Below, in pieces: positions 1 through 8,309 of a stretch of DNA of 64,000 nt; position 1 is the first letter of the stretch; each line of letters starts with the position of its first letter. The position numbers were made by a program, and so were the translations under genes. The stretch spans positions 278,300 through 342,299 of the forward strand of contig MFEQ01000006.1 of NCBI GenBank assembly GCA_001777665.1. Reading direction: 5' to 3'. Below the pieces are notes generated by a model. The model saw only the letters and a program-made list of their open reading frames with translations, made no database searches and had not been told where the DNA came from. This stretch comes from Candidatus Doudnabacteria bacterium RIFCSPHIGHO2_02_FULL_42_25. Lineage in GTDB: Bacteria; Patescibacteriota; Doudnabacteria; UBA920; O2-02-FULL-48-8.

Positions 1-65
1 TTGCGGTTGAAGCGTCGCAGTAAACTTTCAAACGACTCGTTGTCTTTTCTTTTGACTTCTACCAA
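1..65 (-). CDS. rpsU: 30S ribosomal protein S21, 5' part (runs off window)
   Basis: Manual translation from TTG at 65: MVEVKRKDNESFESLLRRFNR, the typical S21 N-terminus. Confidence 0.9.
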   Translation of the reverse strand, partial: MVEVKRKDNESFESLLRRFNR

Positions 66-130
66 ACTAAACCACCCCTTTCTAGTGTAAGATGGGGTGA
101 GTATAACATAAATTAGCGAATTTGCCAAGG

Positions 131-1411
131 TTATCGGCCTAGGCGTTTCTTTACTTCCTCGATAATTCGCTCATAAGTAAACAATTCCTGCATACCTGAA
201 CGGACATCTCGCAGGATCACCGTGCCTTCCCGGGCCTCTTTTTGACCGATGATTAAAGCAATTGCGACTTTGTTCGATTCGGCTAATTTCAGCTGAGTTT
301 TAATTGACCCGGGACCTATGAATTCCGAAGCCACGATATTATGATTCCAAAGCTCTGTGAACAAACGCAGAGTTTTTTTGGCAGCAAGGTCACCGAGAGG
401 GACCAAAAACACATCAACTTTATTTTTTGTGGAAAATTTTAGGTTCGCCGCTTCCAGTGCTGATAAAATTTTATCAAGCGTGGTTGAAAATCCTAATGCG
501 GGTGTCGGTAACCCACCCAAGCCCTGAATTAAATCATCCGCATGGCCGCCACTTCCGAGCAACCACTCCCCAGCTTCGGTCCGCATGCGGATTTCAAACA
601 CAGTGCGCTTTGACCACGGCTTGCCAATGACTTTTTGGTTAAGATTATAAGCAAGGCCTAATTCATCCAATCCTTCCAATACCCCTATAAAATGTCGACG
701 GCAATTTTCACAAAGAAAATCTATAATCACTGGGGCTTCTGAAGCAACCGTCGAACAAGACAGATTGGTACAAGCCAAAATCTGGAGCAGGCGGTTATTT
801 TCGAAATCATCCAAACTCTCCTCGCACAAATCGTATTTTTTATCTTTAAAATAATTTCGGAGCTGGTCTTGGTACGCCGGTTGGCACTCGATACAGCCAA
901 TGTTGTTGATTTCCAAACTTAAATTCGGCATCCCGAGTTCAGAAAACAATTTCAGGAGCAAATTAATCAGCTGCGCATCAGCAATCGGTGCGGTTTGACC
1001 AAAAATCTGAAACCCAAATTCCATGGTTTGCTTCGTCTCACCTGCACTATTCATCCAGGCCACTGGGGAATGGTAAAACCATTTGCTGACTTTTTCGCGA
1101 TCAGCGAAATGATATTCCAGATAACACCGAGCCAACCCGAAAATATTGGTCGGCTTCACCGCAATCAAGGTGTTTTTTTGGTCAGTAAAAGTTAAAAGCT
1201 GGTCTGTTCCCTGTGACCAGAAGCTATAAAGCCTGGCATCTTCCATGATCGGAGTCTCGATTTTACTAAAACCAAAGGTATGGGACAAAGTTTGAAGCTT
1301 TTCCAAACAGACATCCCAAGAAACCAGATGTTCTGGCAACAAATCCATGGCTCCCGGTAGTCTAGGTGGAGCTTTTTCAACCGTTGGAGTTAGTTTTTTT
1401 GGTCTTCCCAT
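131..1411 (-). CDS. HisRS-family protein with degenerate catalytic motifs
   Basis: HisRS layout (PG..DLLP, IETPIME, C-terminal anticodon-binding domain), but the motif 2, LVRGLDYY and GGRYD motifs are substituted. Confidence 0.8.
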   Translation of the reverse strand: MGRPKKLTPTVEKAPPRLPGAMDLLPEHLVSWDVCLEKLQTLSHTFGFSKIETPIMEDARLYSFWSQGTDQLLTFTDQKNTLIAVKPTNIFGLARCYLEYHFADREKVSKWFYHSPVAWMNSAGETKQTMEFGFQIFGQTAPIADAQLINLLLKLFSELGMPNLSLEINNIGCIECQPAYQDQLRNYFKDKKYDLCEESLDDFENNRLLQILACTNLSCSTVASEAPVIIDFLCENCRRHFIGVLEGLDELGLAYNLNQKVIGKPWSKRTVFEIRMRTEAGEWLLGSGGHADDLIQGLGGLPTPALGFSTTLDKILSALEAANLKFSTKNKVDVFLVPLGDLAAKKTLRLFTELWNHNIVASEFIGPGSIKTQLKLAESNKVAIALIIGQKEAREGTVILRDVRSGMQELFTYERIIEEVKKRLGR

Positions 1412-1413
1412 GT

Positions 1414-1448
1414 ATTCGTGATCCTTGTTACGTGATCCGTGTTACGGG
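1414..1448. repeat. 5 degenerate heptamers
   Basis: ATTCGTG ATCCTTG TTACGTG ATCCGTG TTACGGG fill the lepB-hisS spacer. Confidence 0.6.
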
Positions 1449-1449
1449 A

Positions 1450-2100
1450 TTAAAAATTATATGCTGGTCTGGAAGTAAAAAATTTAAATTCAGTTAATGG
1501 CAGGGCTCGGACAAAGACTTTTCCGATGATATCTTTTTCCGGTAAAACGCCCCAGTCCCTAGAATCTGAAGATGCAAGCCTGTTATCGCCCATTACAAAG
1601 TATTCGCCAGCTCCAAGAGTTAGAATCTTACTCCCACCGAGTAATACTGTATCTTGCTCATAAGTCATGCTTTGGTTGGGTAGATATTTTTCATCGAGTG
1701 CAACTCCGTCGGGGTGTTCATCGTTATAAATGATTACCTTGCCATTCTGCAACTGAAGTTTTTCACCAGGTAAGACGATTATTCGCTTGATAAAAAATTG
1801 GTTTTCGTCTTTCGGGTAACGCATAACGATGACATCACCGCGTTTGGGGTCTCCAAAGTTGTAGGATAATTCATCTATAATCAAATACTCACCATCTTGG
1901 AAATTCGGGACCATGGACGATCCAGAGACGATAAAGGGCTGGAATACAAAATAACGAATCGGGATAATAATTACAAGGGCAACCAATACAATTTTCAGAA
2001 AATCCCAAATTAATAAGGCTGTGGCAGTAAAACCACCAAAGAAATTTCGATTTTTAGATGTTTTTTCTGTTTGATTGTCTGAATTTTGTTGAGTTGTCAT
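1450..2100 (-). CDS. lepB: Signal peptidase I
   Basis: VSGSSM, FIKRII and MGDNR..SSDSR motifs. Start moved to ATG 2100 because the longer ORF overlaps a tRNA 3' end. Confidence 0.93.
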   Translation of the reverse strand: MTTQQNSDNQTEKTSKNRNFFGGFTATALLIWDFLKIVLVALVIIIPIRYFVFQPFIVSGSSMVPNFQDGEYLIIDELSYNFGDPKRGDVIVMRYPKDENQFFIKRIIVLPGEKLQLQNGKVIIYNDEHPDGVALDEKYLPNQSMTYEQDTVLLGGSKILTLGAGEYFVMGDNRLASSDSRDWGVLPEKDIIGKVFVRALPLTEFKFFTSRPAYNF

Positions 2101-2164
2101 AAATTTATCTGGTGGATCCGGATGGATTTGAACCATCGGCCTTTTGGATGTGAACCGAACGCTC

Positions 2165-2289
2165 CCCGCCTGCCACGCCTAATTAAATTTCTTGGTGGAC
2201 GATAGTGGATTCGAACCACTGACCTCGTCGATGTGAACGACGCACTCTAACCAGCTGAGCTAATCGTCCAAGATGGCATGGCGGGCAGG
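2165..2289 (-). mobile_element. Family-A palindromic element carrying a complete tRNA-Val
   Basis: Arms CCTGCCCGCCATGCC (2289-2275) and AGGCGTGGCAGGCGGG (2180-2165) match those in topA, uvrA and uvrC. Confidence 0.85.
2193..2269 (-). tRNA. tRNA-Val(CAC), intact, nested
   Basis: GGACGAT/ATCGTCC acceptor, CGTCG-TTCACAT-CGACG anticodon arm, GGTTCGAATCC T-arm, encoded CCA; 77 nt. Confidence 0.96.
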
Positions 2290-2314
2290 TAACCCCTGAG
2301 CTACGGATCCAAAC

Positions 2315-2554
2315 TTAGATGCGTCCTTTTAAAAATCTTCGGCCAAAACCGGTTTTAAAATACTTTTCTCGTTTAATAGCATTCTCTTTGCTCAAACAGG
2401 CCTCGTAATATACTAATTCAAACGGGATTCTAGCCTTTGTTGCTTCGACTAAACCTTTATTATGCTTATCTACTCGTTCTTGCAAATCAACAGTCCAGCC
2501 TATATAAAGCTTTAAATCTTTAAGACTTTTTAGTACATAAGTATAGTAAAACAT
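2315..2554 (-). CDS. Small stand-alone GIY-YIG nuclease
   Basis: YTYVL..LYIG.T.DL..R...HN.G and LVYYEA...A..RE..FK motifs; 79 aa. Confidence 0.92.
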   Translation of the reverse strand: MFYYTYVLKSLKDLKLYIGWTVDLQERVDKHNKGLVEATKARIPFELVYYEACLSKENAIKREKYFKTGFGRRFLKGRI

Positions 2555-2555
2555 A

Positions 2556-2645
2556 ACGCTCTAACCAGCTGCCCGCCCGCCATCGCAAGCCTGACACTTA
2601 CGCTTTATAACTTGCTCAGGCGTTGCGGGCGGGAGCTAACCGCCC
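2556..2645 (-). pseudogene. Orphan tRNA 5' fragment split by a 62-nt palindromic element
   Basis: Removing 2572-2633 gives GGGCGGTTAGCTCAGCTGGTTAGAGCGT, ending next to the GIY-YIG ATG. Confidence 0.75.
2572..2633. repeat. 62-nt palindromic element, copy 1 (family-A-like ends)
   Basis: CCCGCCCGCCATCGCAAGCCTGACAC...CTTGCTCAGGCGTTGCGGGCGGG. Confidence 0.85.
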
Positions 2646-2704
2646 ACTGCATTGATTTAACGACTAGTCTTTACAGCTTAGCAGAGACCCCGCATTGAGA
2701 TCAA

Positions 2705-2766
2705 CCTGCCCGCCTTCGCAAGCCTGACACAAATGCTTAAGGCTTGCTCAGAGCGTTGCAGGCGGG
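2705..2766. repeat. 62-nt palindromic element, copy 2
   Basis: CCTGCCCGCCTTCGCAAGCCTGACAC...CTTGCTCAGAGCGTTGCAGGCGGG; same length and ends as copy 1. Confidence 0.85.
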
Positions 2767-2808
2767 TACTGATTTCGAGTATAATTACAAAGCGAATGTA
2801 AAAAACTG

Positions 2809-4299
2809 ATGAACTATATGAACGACTTTCCTGAACTTCAACAACAATACGCCCCCTCACACCCCAAACGCCATCGTCGTCGATGGAAATGGGTGGTTTT
2901 AATTCTGATCATTCTCGGGATAGCAGGAGGGGTCGCTTTCAAATACCTAACTCAAGCAAATCAAATTTTTACGGGCGACAAAAATATCTTTGCCCGGATC
3001 GGAAATTTGCTCCTAAGCCCGGATAAGGAATTGATTGGAGAGTCGAATGGTCAAATCAATATTCTTTTGATGGGAATCGGAGGCCCCGGACACGAGGGAG
3101 CGCTTCTCACTGACACCATGCTCGTTGCGAACATCAATATACAGACCAACGAAGTGGTGCTCACCAATATTCCTCGAGACTTTATGGTGGATCTCCCGAA
3201 ATATCGGTTACAAAAAATTAATGCAGCTTATGCGTATGCCGAGCGAGATAATCCTGGGACTGGAGGAGAAGCTGCAATCGATGAAATCGAAGCCGTAACT
3301 GGACTTGAGATCCCCTACTACGCTGTGATTGACTTCAAAGGGTTTGTGAAAGGAGTGGATGATGTGGGCGGGCTGGATATTACGATTGACCGCACCTTTA
3401 CTGATGCTTTCTATCCTGATTACAAAAATGGTTATCTCGCCCCAGTGACTTTTACTAAAGGGCCGGAACACATGAATGGCGAACGGGCCTTGATTTTTGC
3501 CCGTTCCAGAAAAGGTAATAATAATGAAGGCTCGGATTTTGCCCGCAGCGAACGACAGAAAAAAATTCTGGTCGCCTTCAAAGAAAAAGTTTTTGCTTTA
3601 AAATTAAATGACCTCAAAACATTAAATAATCTCCTCGGGGCTTTTACTGATAACTTTCGAACTAATATGGAACCTCATGAGCTAAAAAGGCTCACCGATC
3701 TGGGTAGTAAAATCCAAGAACAATCAGTCTATTCATTTTCGCTCGAACCTGATGGGGAATTAGTTTGCTCGGCTCTAATTGATTTAGCCACTGGGAAGCC
3801 ACCAGTGCCGATCGCTGTCCCGCCAACGCCTACACCTCCGCCAGCTGGCGGACCAACTCCAACCCCCAGCCCGTCTCCATCGCCAACGCCTACACCTGAA
3901 GAAGAACCAGAACTAGACAACCCATCGACGACAGCCTACGTCGTCATCCCGTGTGTGGGCAAAACTCTAGCTGACATCCATACCCATCTCAAAGATTCTA
4001 TTTATTTCGCCAAACTCAAAAAAGAATCAGCAATTGTTGAGATACAAAATTCTACAGGCAAAACTGGATTGGCTAACTCACTTTTCGGCACCCTGACCAA
4101 CCTCGGGTTTGAGATTAAATTCACTTCTTTCACGGGTAAAGTCCCGCTCGAGCAGTCAATTATCTATGACAACTCCCATGGGGGCAAGCCCAACACGCTA
4201 GAATATTTAAATTCAAATTATAAGCTAACTATCTCCGACGTTAACTACACCGGCTCTACAGCTGATTTTGTGATAATATTAGGGAAGGATGCTCTCTAA
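2809..4299 (+). CDS. LCP (LytR/CpsA/Psr) family protein with LytR_C domain
   Basis: TM helix, NILLMG, TDTM, IPRD, KINAAY, ALIFARSR, SDFARSERQ; C-terminal ADFVIILGKD. Confidence 0.93.
   Translation: MNYMNDFPELQQQYAPSHPKRHRRRWKWVVLILIILGIAGGVAFKYLTQANQIFTGDKNIFARIGNLLLSPDKELIGESNGQINILLMGIGGPGHEGALLTDTMLVANINIQTNEVVLTNIPRDFMVDLPKYRLQKINAAYAYAERDNPGTGGEAAIDEIEAVTGLEIPYYAVIDFKGFVKGVDDVGGLDITIDRTFTDAFYPDYKNGYLAPVTFTKGPEHMNGERALIFARSRKGNNNEGSDFARSERQKKILVAFKEKVFALKLNDLKTLNNLLGAFTDNFRTNMEPHELKRLTDLGSKIQEQSVYSFSLEPDGELVCSALIDLATGKPPVPIAVPPTPTPPPAGGPTPTPSPSPSPTPTPEEEPELDNPSTTAYVVIPCVGKTLADIHTHLKDSIYFAKLKKESAIVEIQNSTGKTGLANSLFGTLTNLGFEIKFTSFTGKVPLEQSIIYDNSHGGKPNTLEYLNSNYKLTISDVNYTGSTADFVIILGKDAL
3837..3852. 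repeat. 16-bp palindrome TCCGCCAGCTGGCGGA (encodes PPAGG)
   Basis: Identical copies at 27976, 54427 and 57764; one-mismatch copy at 14277; variant at 29560. Confidence 0.85.
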
Positions 4300-4306
4300 T
4301 ATTCAT

Positions 4307-5629
4307 ATGAAAACTCCACTGGTCGCGATTATAGGCCTACCGAATTCAGGTAAGTCGACATTATTTAATAAAATTCTGGGACGAAGGGCGGCTTTAACTT
4401 ACCCTGAAGCTGGGACGACCAGGGATCGCGCCTATGGCCTTTCTGATTGGAATGGCCTTTCTTTTATTTTAATTGATACTGCTGGTATCGACATTCGAGC
4501 GAATTCTGATCTTGAAAAAAATGTTCAAAAGCAAACCCAGATCGCGAAAGACGAAGCAGATCTAATTTTACTCCTCGTCGATGGCAAAACTCCGCTTGGT
4601 TCCAAAGATCTCCAGGTTGGGGCTGATCTTAATCGCTCCGGTAAAGTCATAGTGTTAGCGGCGAATAAAATAGATGCCCGCAATACAAAAATTGAAGCAC
4701 TAGCCTCTGAATATCAAAAATTAGGATTGGGAGATCCCCTCCTTGTGTCCGCAGTCAACGGCACTGGAGTCGGAGATTTACTCGACCAAGTTGTCGAAAA
4801 ACTAAAAGCCGCTGGATTTGGCCTTCAAACAGATGACAATTCTGGGATCCGAGTCGCTTTTGTCGGCAAACCAAATGTCGGGAAATCTTCACTGATCAAT
4901 GCTCTGATCAAACAAGAACGGCTCCTCGTCCATGACCAAGCAGGAACTACGCGCTCAGTAGTCGAAATCCCATTTACACACGAAGGCCAAGATTTTATTT
5001 TGCTGGATACTGCAGGAATCAAAAAGAAATGGCAGCAGGATTCTGATGTCGCAGCTGCTGCAGCTTTTCAATCCATTCGGACTATTACTCAAACCGATGT
5101 GGTATTTTTCGTCATTGATGCGACCACTGAAATCACCACCCAAGACCAGTCCATCTCCTCGGATATTCTCGACGCCGGTAAAGCTGTGGTTTTGATTTTG
5201 AATAAAATTGATAAATTATCCAAAGAAAACCAAAATAAGTTTGTCGATAATCTCCCAAACTATCTCCCCCAAATGTGGTATGTACCTGTGATTTTTACAT
5301 CAGCCACTGCTGGTACAGGTATGGATCTTTTGTTAAAATTTGCTAAGGATGTGCTGGATACTTCCAAGAAACAGATAGATCAAACCGAACTTGATGATTT
5401 CTTACAAAAAATTCTGGCTGAAAATATGCCTGGTAAAATGGAAGACCAAAGAGAGCCAAAAATTTTCTCTCTCAGGCAAATCGGCATTCTCCCCCCAACT
5501 TTCAAACTGACTGTAAACTTCCCAGCGGCTATTGCCGAAAGCTGGAAACGCTGGTTTGAAAAACAGTTTCGCTTGAAATTTGGCTACGAAGGCACCCCAG
5601 TATTAATGCGTTACTTTAGAAAAGTATGA
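4307..5629 (+). CDS. der: Ribosome biogenesis GTPase Der
   Basis: Two G domains (GLPNSGKS/DTAG/NKID and GKPNVGKS/DTAG/NKID) plus a KH-like C-terminus. Confidence 0.95.
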   Translation: MKTPLVAIIGLPNSGKSTLFNKILGRRAALTYPEAGTTRDRAYGLSDWNGLSFILIDTAGIDIRANSDLEKNVQKQTQIAKDEADLILLLVDGKTPLGSKDLQVGADLNRSGKVIVLAANKIDARNTKIEALASEYQKLGLGDPLLVSAVNGTGVGDLLDQVVEKLKAAGFGLQTDDNSGIRVAFVGKPNVGKSSLINALIKQERLLVHDQAGTTRSVVEIPFTHEGQDFILLDTAGIKKKWQQDSDVAAAAAFQSIRTITQTDVVFFVIDATTEITTQDQSISSDILDAGKAVVLILNKIDKLSKENQNKFVDNLPNYLPQMWYVPVIFTSATAGTGMDLLLKFAKDVLDTSKKQIDQTELDDFLQKILAENMPGKMEDQREPKIFSLRQIGILPPTFKLTVNFPAAIAESWKRWFEKQFRLKFGYEGTPVLMRYFRKV

Positions 5630-6180
5630 CTATCATCATCGGCCTCGGCAATCCAGGGAAGCAATACGAAAACACCCGACACAGCTTCGGGTTTCGGGTT
5701 TTGGATTTTCTAGTCGGGCGCCGTAGCCTTGGCGAAGGCGGCTGGGATGAAAAATATTCTAGTAAATTTATCAAGCTTGAAGATGTAATTTTGGCCAAAC
5801 CGCAAACTTTCATGAATAAAAGCGGTGAAGCAGTAAAAGAAATTTTAAAATACTACGATAATGCACAACTGATTGTTATCCATGACGAATTAGATTTGCC
5901 ACTGGGTAGCATTCGAGTCCAAAAAGATATTTCTGCTGCTGGGCACAATGGCGTACAATCAATTATCGATGAGTTGGGAACCAAAGATTTTATCCGAATC
6001 AGACTCGGTATCGATAATCCTCAAACGCGCGGCCAAATTCCTGGTGATGATTTTGTTTTACAAAAGTTCACTGAACAAGAAGAACAAATCGTCAACGAAG
6101 TTTTAGAAATAACCAAAACGGCTATCGAAACCTTGCAGACTGAAGGCTTTGATATGGCCCAGTCAAAATTTAACGGCTAG
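5626..6180 (+). CDS. pth: Peptidyl-tRNA hydrolase
   Basis: GLGNPG..Y..TRH, KPQTFMN.SG, HDELDLP, GHNG. Confidence 0.97.
   Translation: MTIIIGLGNPGKQYENTRHSFGFRVLDFLVGRRSLGEGGWDEKYSSKFIKLEDVILAKPQTFMNKSGEAVKEILKYYDNAQLIVIHDELDLPLGSIRVQKDISAAGHNGVQSIIDELGTKDFIRIRLGIDNPQTRGQIPGDDFVLQKFTEQEEQIVNEVLEITKTAIETLQTEGFDMAQSKFNG
5719..5742 (+). repeat. Family-D hairpin in frame in pth (RRSLGEGG)
   Basis: CGCCGTAGCCTTGGCGAAGGCGG; similar to 63175-63200 and 46703-46728. Confidence 0.7.
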
Positions 6181-6195
6181 CTTATTTATCAAAGC

Positions 6196-6226
6196 AAAAG
6201 GCCAGCTCCTTGCGGGGCTGGCCTTT
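6196..6226. terminator. Bidirectional intrinsic terminator
   Basis: AAAAGGCCAGCTCCTTGCGGGGCTGGCCTTT. Confidence 0.8.
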
Positions 6227-6910
6227 CAAATTCTTTCGAGCTAGACGGCGACTTACATCGCCGGCGGGTAGTACGGCCGACCGTTGACGAGGCGTTGCGG
6301 CACTTTTTTTTGTGTCGCTACATCGCGCCGACCGTCAGTATTGTTCTTTTCACGTTGGTTGCGTCGGTAGAGCACATCCGACGCGCTACCATTGGGACGG
6401 ACAGCTTTGTCCTCCCGACTACTGGACATGTTGTTGCTCACTCGATCCTCCGAAACGACGACGATAAGGTTAAGAACGTAGCCCCTCTGGGATCGGGACC
6501 GATTCTTTCATGCCTGTCTGGGGGCAGGCGAGGTTGGGGGTCTTACGAGGCTAGGAGTTGCTTCCTTCCGGTCGCACCATGTCGAGGTCGAAGAATGTCC
6601 TTGCTGCATCCAGTGACGTGGTTCTGGTTGTCACTGGTGCCAGCTGATCATCCACCGCGATGCCGGTGAAGATACGCTGCGCCATGGGCGGTATCCCAAG
6701 ATAAACCGGGGTTTCCGCTTTGCGAACAAGCCTTGGTGGACCTAAGTTTTCTTTCATCCCCAGACTCCGATATTCAATTGTCCTATTGTTCTAGTCGACG
6801 TACCACCCAACATGGGTAGTTTCGCGCTCGCTTTCCCTCCTTAGGGTTTGCGATCTTTAGTTCAAAAAAATTTTGAAACAAAAACCGAAAACCCAATTCC
6901 ATATATCCCA

Positions 6911-7018
6911 GAAGCGAGGTACTTGGTAAAATTAACTCGCGCAGGACGACGGTCCGAGCGCGTAGGCCAAAAATTCAGCAGAATTTTATGGCCGGTAATT
7001 TTACCAACGTACCGAGCG
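6911..7018 (+). repeat. 107-nt structured element F, copy 1
   Basis: Homologous to 53980-54086 (+) and 26691-26797 (-). Confidence 0.92.
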
Positions 7019-7205
7019 TAATATTCTTGACCCCACCTCCGAGTGTTGGACTAGTCCGGAAAACCGTACCGGCCCAAACTTGAGGTTACTAGGAAACAAT
7101 AGGAGGGATGCTGCTTCCATTCACCACTCATGAGGTAGGATGAAGAATACTACTGGTTGTATTGTTAATGATACGAATATATAATAATAGCACAAAATCA
7201 CCCTC

Positions 7206-8309
7206 GTGTCAACACTCAATCTATTAGACGAAAAAATCTACGGAAACGCACTAAATTTGATTCCAGCATTGGGTCCAGTCAATTTAACCAAGCTTCTCAA
7301 CTACTGTGGGGGTTTTCTCAAGGCCTGGAATGCTGATGGACAAGATTATTTCAACGCTGGGATCTCGCCGAAAACTGTCGATAAGATTATAACAGATAAA
7401 CAAAAAATCAATCCAGAGCAATCATTCGCCGAAACTACTCGAAGACAAATCGAAATTTTGCTGATTTCTGAAAAATCGTATCCGCAATTGCTAAAAGAAA
7501 TTATTCCGGCGCCACCTCTGCTTTATGTCCGCGGCAATAAAAAAGTTTTGAATTCGCTAACAGTCGCTGTAGTCGGCACACGCAAAATCTCGAGCTACGG
7601 CACGATGGCTTGTGAAGAAATTACACTCGGTCTCACAAACAGTGGCATGACGATTGTTTCTGGACTAGCATACGGCGCCGACGCTGTAGCTCTCCAGACA
7701 GTAGTTGATAATCGTGGTAAAGGCATCGCCGTGCTGGCTTCTGATCTCAACGACACGAGTATTGCGCCGCGGTCAAATTTTAATCTAGCTCAAAAAATCC
7801 TAGAAAAAGGGTGTCTGGTTTCTGAATACCCGCTGGGCTACAGCGTACAAAAACAAAATTTCCCTATTCGTAATCGAATCATTTCTGGTTTAAGCCTCGG
7901 CACACTAGTTGTCGAAGCTGACATCGAAAGTGGAGCGCTGATCACGGCTAATTATAGTTTAGAACAAAATCGGGAAGTATTCGCTATACCCGGATCTATT
8001 TTTTCACCAACCAGTCGGGGCACGAATCAGCTCATCAAATCCGGAGCGAAAGTCGTGACTTCGGCCAATGATATTTTGGAAGAGCTGAATTTAGACACTG
8101 AAATTGTGGAGGCTCAAACCAACAATATCGAAATTACAGAAATCGAAAGCAAAATTCTGGAATTGCTTTCAAAAATCCCGATTCATATCGATGAGATTAT
8201 CAAATCTGCACAGGTCAATCCAGCGATCATCAGTGCGAATTTGACTCTGTTGGAAATAAAAGGCCGGATAAAAAATCTCGGAGGCGCGAAGTATGTTAAA
8301 ATTCGTTAG
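7206..8309 (+). CDS. dprA: DNA-processing protein DprA
   Basis: AVVGTR, IVSGLAYG.D, FPIRNRIISGLS, SGALITA, FAIPG; C-terminal wHTH. Confidence 0.96.
   Translation: MSTLNLLDEKIYGNALNLIPALGPVNLTKLLNYCGGFLKAWNADGQDYFNAGISPKTVDKIITDKQKINPEQSFAETTRRQIEILLISEKSYPQLLKEIIPAPPLLYVRGNKKVLNSLTVAVVGTRKISSYGTMACEEITLGLTNSGMTIVSGLAYGADAVALQTVVDNRGKGIAVLASDLNDTSIAPRSNFNLAQKILEKGCLVSEYPLGYSVQKQNFPIRNRIISGLSLGTLVVEADIESGALITANYSLEQNREVFAIPGSIFSPTSRGTNQLIKSGAKVVTSANDILEELNLDTEIVEAQTNNIEITEIESKILELLSKIPIHIDEIIKSAQVNPAIISANLTLLEIKGRIKNLGGAKYVKIR

Larger units (their letters stand above)
2110..2310 (-). pseudogene. Interrupted tRNA-Val(CAC): 5' part 2310-2290, 3' part 2164-2110
   Basis: Removing 2165-2289 gives a 76-nt cloverleaf GGATCCGTAGCTCAGGGGTTA|GAGCG...TTCACAT...CGGATCCACCA, with one anticodon-stem mismatch. 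Confidence 0.85.
6195..7175 (-). ncRNA. Candidate large structured non-coding RNA (~1 kb)
   Basis: No credible ORF, many hairpins, a long-range helix (6781-6795 with 7088-7104), an extended -10 at 7192-7184 and a terminator at ~6200. Confidence 0.45.

Noticed and set aside
2315-2645. GIY-YIG gene as a group I intron ORF within a tRNA
   Set aside because: No 3' half matching the GGGCGG acceptor follows the ORF, and no intron core is visible.
6253-6757. Short ORFs 6253-6441, 6295-6669 and 6551-6757 as genes
   Set aside because: They overlap, have no recognisable domains or clear initiation signals, and the region is better explained as structured RNA.
6195-7175. RNase P RNA, tmRNA or group II intron
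   Set aside because: The diagnostic conserved sequences were not found on either strand by eye.
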